Source: Myxococcota bacterium
Lineage (GTDB): Bacteria; Myxococcota_A; Bradymonadia; UBA7976; UBA1532
Assembly: GCA_036337435.1 (NCBI GenBank)
Contig: JAYZEG010000039.1
Location: 1 to 21,136, forward strand
Length of the DNA: 21,136 bases
Reading direction: 5' to 3'
A model generated the notes under the pieces. It was not told the origin of the DNA, did no database searches, and saw only the letters and a list, made by a program, of their open reading frames with translations. The position numbers and the translations under genes are program-made. This document shows positions 17,119 to 21,136 of this stretch, piece by piece (position 1 is the stretch's first letter; every line of letters begins with the position of its first letter).

Positions 17119-19254
17119 TCACTCGCTGGACTTAGACGATAATTTTTCGATCGCTGTGATAAGTGCTGGTCCGAATTTAGCCCATTTGGCTGCCCCTAAA
17201 CCATGAATATTTAAAAATTCAGATTCATTGGTCGGTCGCTTTAGCGCAAGCTGTTCTAGGCTTTTATTGTTAAAGATCGAATAGGCTGGGACTCCGTGGT
17301 CTTTAGCGAACTGCCGGCGAAATGCTTTGAGCCCAGCAAGCATACCATGCTGTTGAGATGAAACCGCTTTGCTATTCTCAATTTGGGGGGATAGTTCCGA
17401 CCGTGCGTGGCACCAATCTTGGCTGAGGCCCACCACGTCTTCGCGACCCTGCATGACTTCCCAGCCAATGGGTGAGATGGCGATGCGAGGATATCTGCCT
17501 CCCACGAGCATGGCCCATCCACGGTCAACGAGTGCTTGTAGCAACTCAGAGCATCTCTTCTGACCTACTTCTTTCAGCAGCCCAAATGTAGTCAGCTGAA
17601 CCAGGGTTGTATCTTCGATACCACTGCGCTTCCCGACGAGCATTTTTGTCACTTTGGTAAGACCGAAGTGCCCCTCGGCTCGTGCGATGCCCGCCAGTGC
17701 TTTTCTCACAAGGATTCGGTTTGCCTCAGAAAGTGGAGGTGCTTTTTCAGAGAGTGCCTCACACCGATCGCATCCCGGGCAGACCTCGGAATCGATATCT
17801 TCTCCGAAATAACTGAGTATGAAGTCGTGTCTACATCCACTTTCGTAGGGAAACCCGGCCATCACATCTAAGCGGTTCAGTTCTAATCGTCGTCTATTTT
17901 CGAAGGTCTCAAAATTAATTCCCAGTTCATCAAATGACGCTGGGCTGTGGGCGGATACCCGCCAGGTATCTGGACCGATTGGGAAAATGCCCCCACAGCG
18001 CGATAAAACCCTCAATGCAGCTTCTTGCTGAGGCCTATCGACTTGAGGCAACTCGGTGACCAGGTCCATTTCTGTAATTCCCGATGCTGCTGCTCGATAT
18101 ACTGTCTCGTAGACTGCCCGAGTGGCATTGTACGATGGGCAGCTCAGGTCGATTAAGAATTCATGGGTGCGTCGATCGATGGGGCTGAATAGAAGGGTAC
18201 ACTGGGCTTGACGACCGTCTCTTCCAGCGCGTCCGACTTCTTGGTAGTAGCCTTCAATTGACCTTGGTAGGTCCATGTGGATCACGTGCCGTATATCTGC
18301 GCGATCGATCCCCATCCCAAAGGCTTTGGTTGCGATGGCAACCTCGGCATCTCCACGCATAAACTCGTCTTGTGCATTTCTTCGCTGCTGTTCGTCCATA
18401 CCGGCATGATAGGCGACAACCGTTAAATCGGGTGCGACCTCGCGCAACTTTTTGTGAATTTGTTCAACGCGTTTCCTGGTCGCTGAATAGATGATTTTAC
18501 CACCGGCCTCAGTCTCCGTCAGCGTCCTTGATAATTCCTTGAAGCGTTCATTTTCGGAGCGGCATCTCTTGACTCGCAGAAACAGATTTTCACGCAAGAA
18601 CCCTGCAACATGAACGCACGGTTTAGTGAGCCCCAGGCTTGATACAATGTCTTTTCGAACCTCAGGTGTTGCAGTGGCTGTACACGCGAGTATGTGTTGC
18701 GGTTTGAGCTGTTCAAGAACATGACCAAGTCGCCCATAATCAGGCCGAAAGTCGTGTCCCCAGCGGGAAATGCAATGTGCCTCATCGATGGCCAGCAGTG
18801 AAATTCTTTGCTCGGATAGTCTGCGCATGAAGCGGTGGCTTCGGAATCTTTCTGGCGCAACATACACGATGGTAAAATCCGATTCTCCCAACCTGGATAG
18901 TATTTCGGTCTGCGTCTCGAGGGTTTGTGTGGAATTGATATAGGCGGATTTTATGCCTTTCGCATTGAGACCATCAACCTGATCTTTCATGAGAGAAATC
19001 AGTGGAGACACGACGACCGTAACACCCGGTAAGATGACCGCTGGTAATTGATAGCATAAGCTCTTTCCAGCACCCGTTGGCATGATGGCAACGGTTGGTT
19101 GGCCGGATAGCACATCACTGATAATTGCCAATTGGCCGGGGTTGAACTCTTCGAATCCAAAATTGGACGCGAGGGCATCTGTCAAAAATGGTTCGGCGTA
19201 GGTATCCAACGCGGGCTCAATTTCGACACGATTCGATTGATATTCGATGACCAT
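17119..19254 (-). CDS. recQ: RecQ-family ATP-dependent DNA helicase with RQC and HRDC domains
   Basis: MPTGAGKSLCYQLP, DEAHCISRWGHDFRPDY, TATAT, AFGMGID, YYQEVGRAGRDG, Zn site CRH...CPGCDRC and HRDC VPAYSIF...IHGLG. Confidence 0.93.
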   Translation of the reverse strand: MVIEYQSNRVEIEPALDTYAEPFLTDALASNFGFEEFNPGQLAIISDVLSGQPTVAIMPTGAGKSLCYQLPAVILPGVTVVVSPLISLMKDQVDGLNAKGIKSAYINSTQTLETQTEILSRLGESDFTIVYVAPERFRSHRFMRRLSEQRISLLAIDEAHCISRWGHDFRPDYGRLGHVLEQLKPQHILACTATATPEVRKDIVSSLGLTKPCVHVAGFLRENLFLRVKRCRSENERFKELSRTLTETEAGGKIIYSATRKRVEQIHKKLREVAPDLTVVAYHAGMDEQQRRNAQDEFMRGDAEVAIATKAFGMGIDRADIRHVIHMDLPRSIEGYYQEVGRAGRDGRQAQCTLLFSPIDRRTHEFLIDLSCPSYNATRAVYETVYRAAASGITEMDLVTELPQVDRPQQEAALRVLSRCGGIFPIGPDTWRVSAHSPASFDELGINFETFENRRRLELNRLDVMAGFPYESGCRHDFILSYFGEDIDSEVCPGCDRCEALSEKAPPLSEANRILVRKALAGIARAEGHFGLTKVTKMLVGKRSGIEDTTLVQLTTFGLLKEVGQKRCSELLQALVDRGWAMLVGGRYPRIAISPIGWEVMQGREDVVGLSQDWCHARSELSPQIENSKAVSSQQHGMLAGLKAFRRQFAKDHGVPAYSIFNNKSLEQLALKRPTNESEFLNIHGLGAAKWAKFGPALITAIEKLSSKSSE

Positions 19255-19448
19255 GAGAATGGCGTAACGCGACCATCATATTTTTGCAATGACTGATCTG
19301 TTTGTTGTCTCTTTGTGTTGTGCAAAATCAAGTGGCGAAAGGGTTTCTATCGTACAGCAGCATCGGCATACAAACTTGACGAATTTTGCTCTTGGCGACA
19401 GACAGGCGTGGGGCGTCTACTCTCTGCTTTACCCTGTGCGGGTGTTTG

Positions 19449-20363
19449 TTACGAGGGGGGGGTAAATGCTCGAACCTGGGGAGACTGATGCGGTTGAAAG
19501 CTGACCCCCATTCGCTTCTCCCGTTGCAGCCAGTGGAATTTAAAGTGCCCAAGAGAATCAACATCCAAGGCGCGCGCCATGCAGATAAACGAGGTTTCCA
19601 CGAGTTCGTTTGGAGACGGCCCCGCAATCGTATAAACCCGATGAAGTTCGACTCTCTGAGCTTTTTCGGGTGTGTCTCGTTTGACCAAATAGACTTGATC
19701 TTTGATGTTTTCAGACTCGACTCCAAAGGGCGAATTCCGTTTCAGCCCAGCGCGTTTACGGAACTCTGAAACGTAATGTTCTGAGGTTATTGAACCGAAG
19801 CCGAATGCTTCCGAGTAGAACTTTCGACGCGCGATGCAGTCGATGTTGTCATCGAGCTGGACTTTGACCGTTTGTCGGATGGCATGTTGAGCATAGTTAT
19901 CATCGGATTCAGCACTGTATCGGCGTCCAATGCTCTCGTGACGAATTTGTCCCTGTGTATAAGCTGAAGCCCATATGCTTTTTTCTATGGCCAGCCATTT
20001 GCCAGCATATTCAGGAGTCCGAGCTGGCATAGTGGCGATTGTATTTGACAGGTTCTTGGTCTTGAGAACTCGTTGCAGGTCTCCGGAACGCACGAAGCGT
20101 TCCGAAGACTCCGCGGCATCGTGGCGTAGGCCAATTAGGGTCGCTTGTCCACCCCCAACGAAACCTGACATTGTAATTTCGACCGCATCGAGTCCTGTAT
20201 CCGATATGTAATGAAACCGGTGGGTATGTTGAGTTGGGGGTTTATTCTGGCTCGATTGACCACCGTGCATATCGTTGCCAACAGTCCGTGTGCTGCCGAA
20301 TACAGCACAGCCGGACTGCAGCAGGATGACTGCTAAGGTAGAGACGATTAGCCAGGCATTCAT
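19449..20363 (-). CDS. Hypothetical lipoprotein
   Basis: Signal peptide with lipobox LQSGC. 304-aa ORF starting 4 nt after the upstream gene's stop. Confidence 0.7.
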   Translation of the reverse strand: MNAWLIVSTLAVILLQSGCAVFGSTRTVGNDMHGGQSSQNKPPTQHTHRFHYISDTGLDAVEITMSGFVGGGQATLIGLRHDAAESSERFVRSGDLQRVLKTKNLSNTIATMPARTPEYAGKWLAIEKSIWASAYTQGQIRHESIGRRYSAESDDNYAQHAIRQTVKVQLDDNIDCIARRKFYSEAFGFGSITSEHYVSEFRKRAGLKRNSPFGVESENIKDQVYLVKRDTPEKAQRVELHRVYTIAGPSPNELVETSFICMARALDVDSLGHFKFHWLQREKRMGVSFQPHQSPQVRAFTPPS

Positions 20364-20367
20364 GTCA

Positions 20368-20922
20368 TTATTGCTTCCGTAGTTTTTCGAGCTGGGTATC
20401 TAAATCTTTAAACTCCATCTTGGCCCGTGCTTTGAGTGCTGCTCGATGCCGGTCGCTGAGGTCATTCATCTTATCCAAAGCACCGGCAAATGCTTCTGGC
20501 TGTAAACAAACAAGAGCATAGTATTGCTGCGGGCCATCTGTGCTCAAGTGGGCGAGCTTCGTGGCCGTGCCAACCAAAGTGGTGTCCACGATCTGTCTAG
20601 ACACGCGAGTCGTCAGTTCCTCCGTGAAGTCTTTCTCTCGCGCTTCTCCGGATTCCTGATAATCTTTGATCATTCCTTCTACTTTTGTCTGTAATTGGCG
20701 GGCGAGCATATCGCGTCCTCGCGCCACAGCTGTTTGTTGTGCCATGCCCAGACTGCCCCTATGCTTAGCAATCCCAACGCCGCAAGCAGGTGGTGGTGTC
20801 ATAGCCCATTTGGGAATATCGGAGGTCGATTGACGAGCAGAACTCAATTGGTCACTGCCGCAGCCACTGGCCAGAAGGCCGATGGATACAAGCACAATTG
20901 TGTCACGAATCAGGGTCTTCAT
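20368..20922 (-). CDS. LPP20-family-like lipoprotein
   Basis: Lipobox LASGC, IPKW, CGVGIA and A...A..R..LARQLQTKV pattern typical of LPP20. RBS GGAAAGGA upstream of the ATG. Confidence 0.75.
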   Translation of the reverse strand: MKTLIRDTIVLVSIGLLASGCGSDQLSSARQSTSDIPKWAMTPPPACGVGIAKHRGSLGMAQQTAVARGRDMLARQLQTKVEGMIKDYQESGEAREKDFTEELTTRVSRQIVDTTLVGTATKLAHLSTDGPQQYYALVCLQPEAFAGALDKMNDLSDRHRAALKARAKMEFKDLDTQLEKLRKQ

Positions 20923-21136
20923 GATGTGATTCCTTTCCCGCTAGAGTGCGGATAATCAGGTCTAATTTAGTTAAAAATGCTCATGTAACGAACTGGCCGA
21001 CGCGCCAATGTCCGCTTTATGCAAAAAAAGATCGGTTTATTTGCCGGCTTAGTTCTCTCGACTGACAGTCAAGTTTCTGCTTGAATGGATCTCTAGGAGC
21101 CGTTCGCGGTATCCCTAATACACACTGCAGAAGAAG

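Noticed and set aside
19328..19769. ORFs 19328..19726 (-) and 19386..19769 (+) as independent genes
   Set aside because: They largely overlap the 19449..20363 lipoprotein in other frames and carry no motifs.
1..21136. CRISPR arrays, IS elements, prophage or defence genes, tRNA/rRNA
   Set aside because: I saw no regularly spaced direct repeats, no transposase/integrase/nuclease motifs and no tRNA or rRNA signatures. Nearly all sequence is accounted for by the listed genes.

Overview
A gene-dense bacterial chromosomal segment, roughly low-50s % GC by eye. Its gene content (mevalonate pathway, Cys-rich repeat lipoprotein, divergent Prs, LPP20 lipoprotein) suggests a Myxococcota/deltaproteobacterial organism; this is inference. 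Left to right: (1) a minus-strand, tightly coupled operon phoB-phoR-YtnP-like MBL hydrolase-unknown lipoprotein-DUF2835-like gene, whose lipoprotein frame is interrupted by one in-frame TAG at 329-331; (2) a Xaa-Pro aminopeptidase (+); (3) a ~400 bp intergenic region holding a candidate novel minus-strand small RNA (93-nt G-U-rich rod, C-rich anti-Shine-Dalgarno-like loop, U-rich tail, ECF-type promoter motif); (4) a Cys-rich lipoprotein and an atypical prs (-); (5) elbB-fni-mvaA-mvk (+), converging with a 17-bp 3' overlap on recQ-pepP-mvaD-pmk (-), together encoding the mevalonate pathway from HMG-CoA to IPP/DMAPP; (6) two lipoprotein genes (-). No mobile element, CRISPR array, tRNA or rRNA was seen. 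All family calls come from motif recognition by eye, not database searches.
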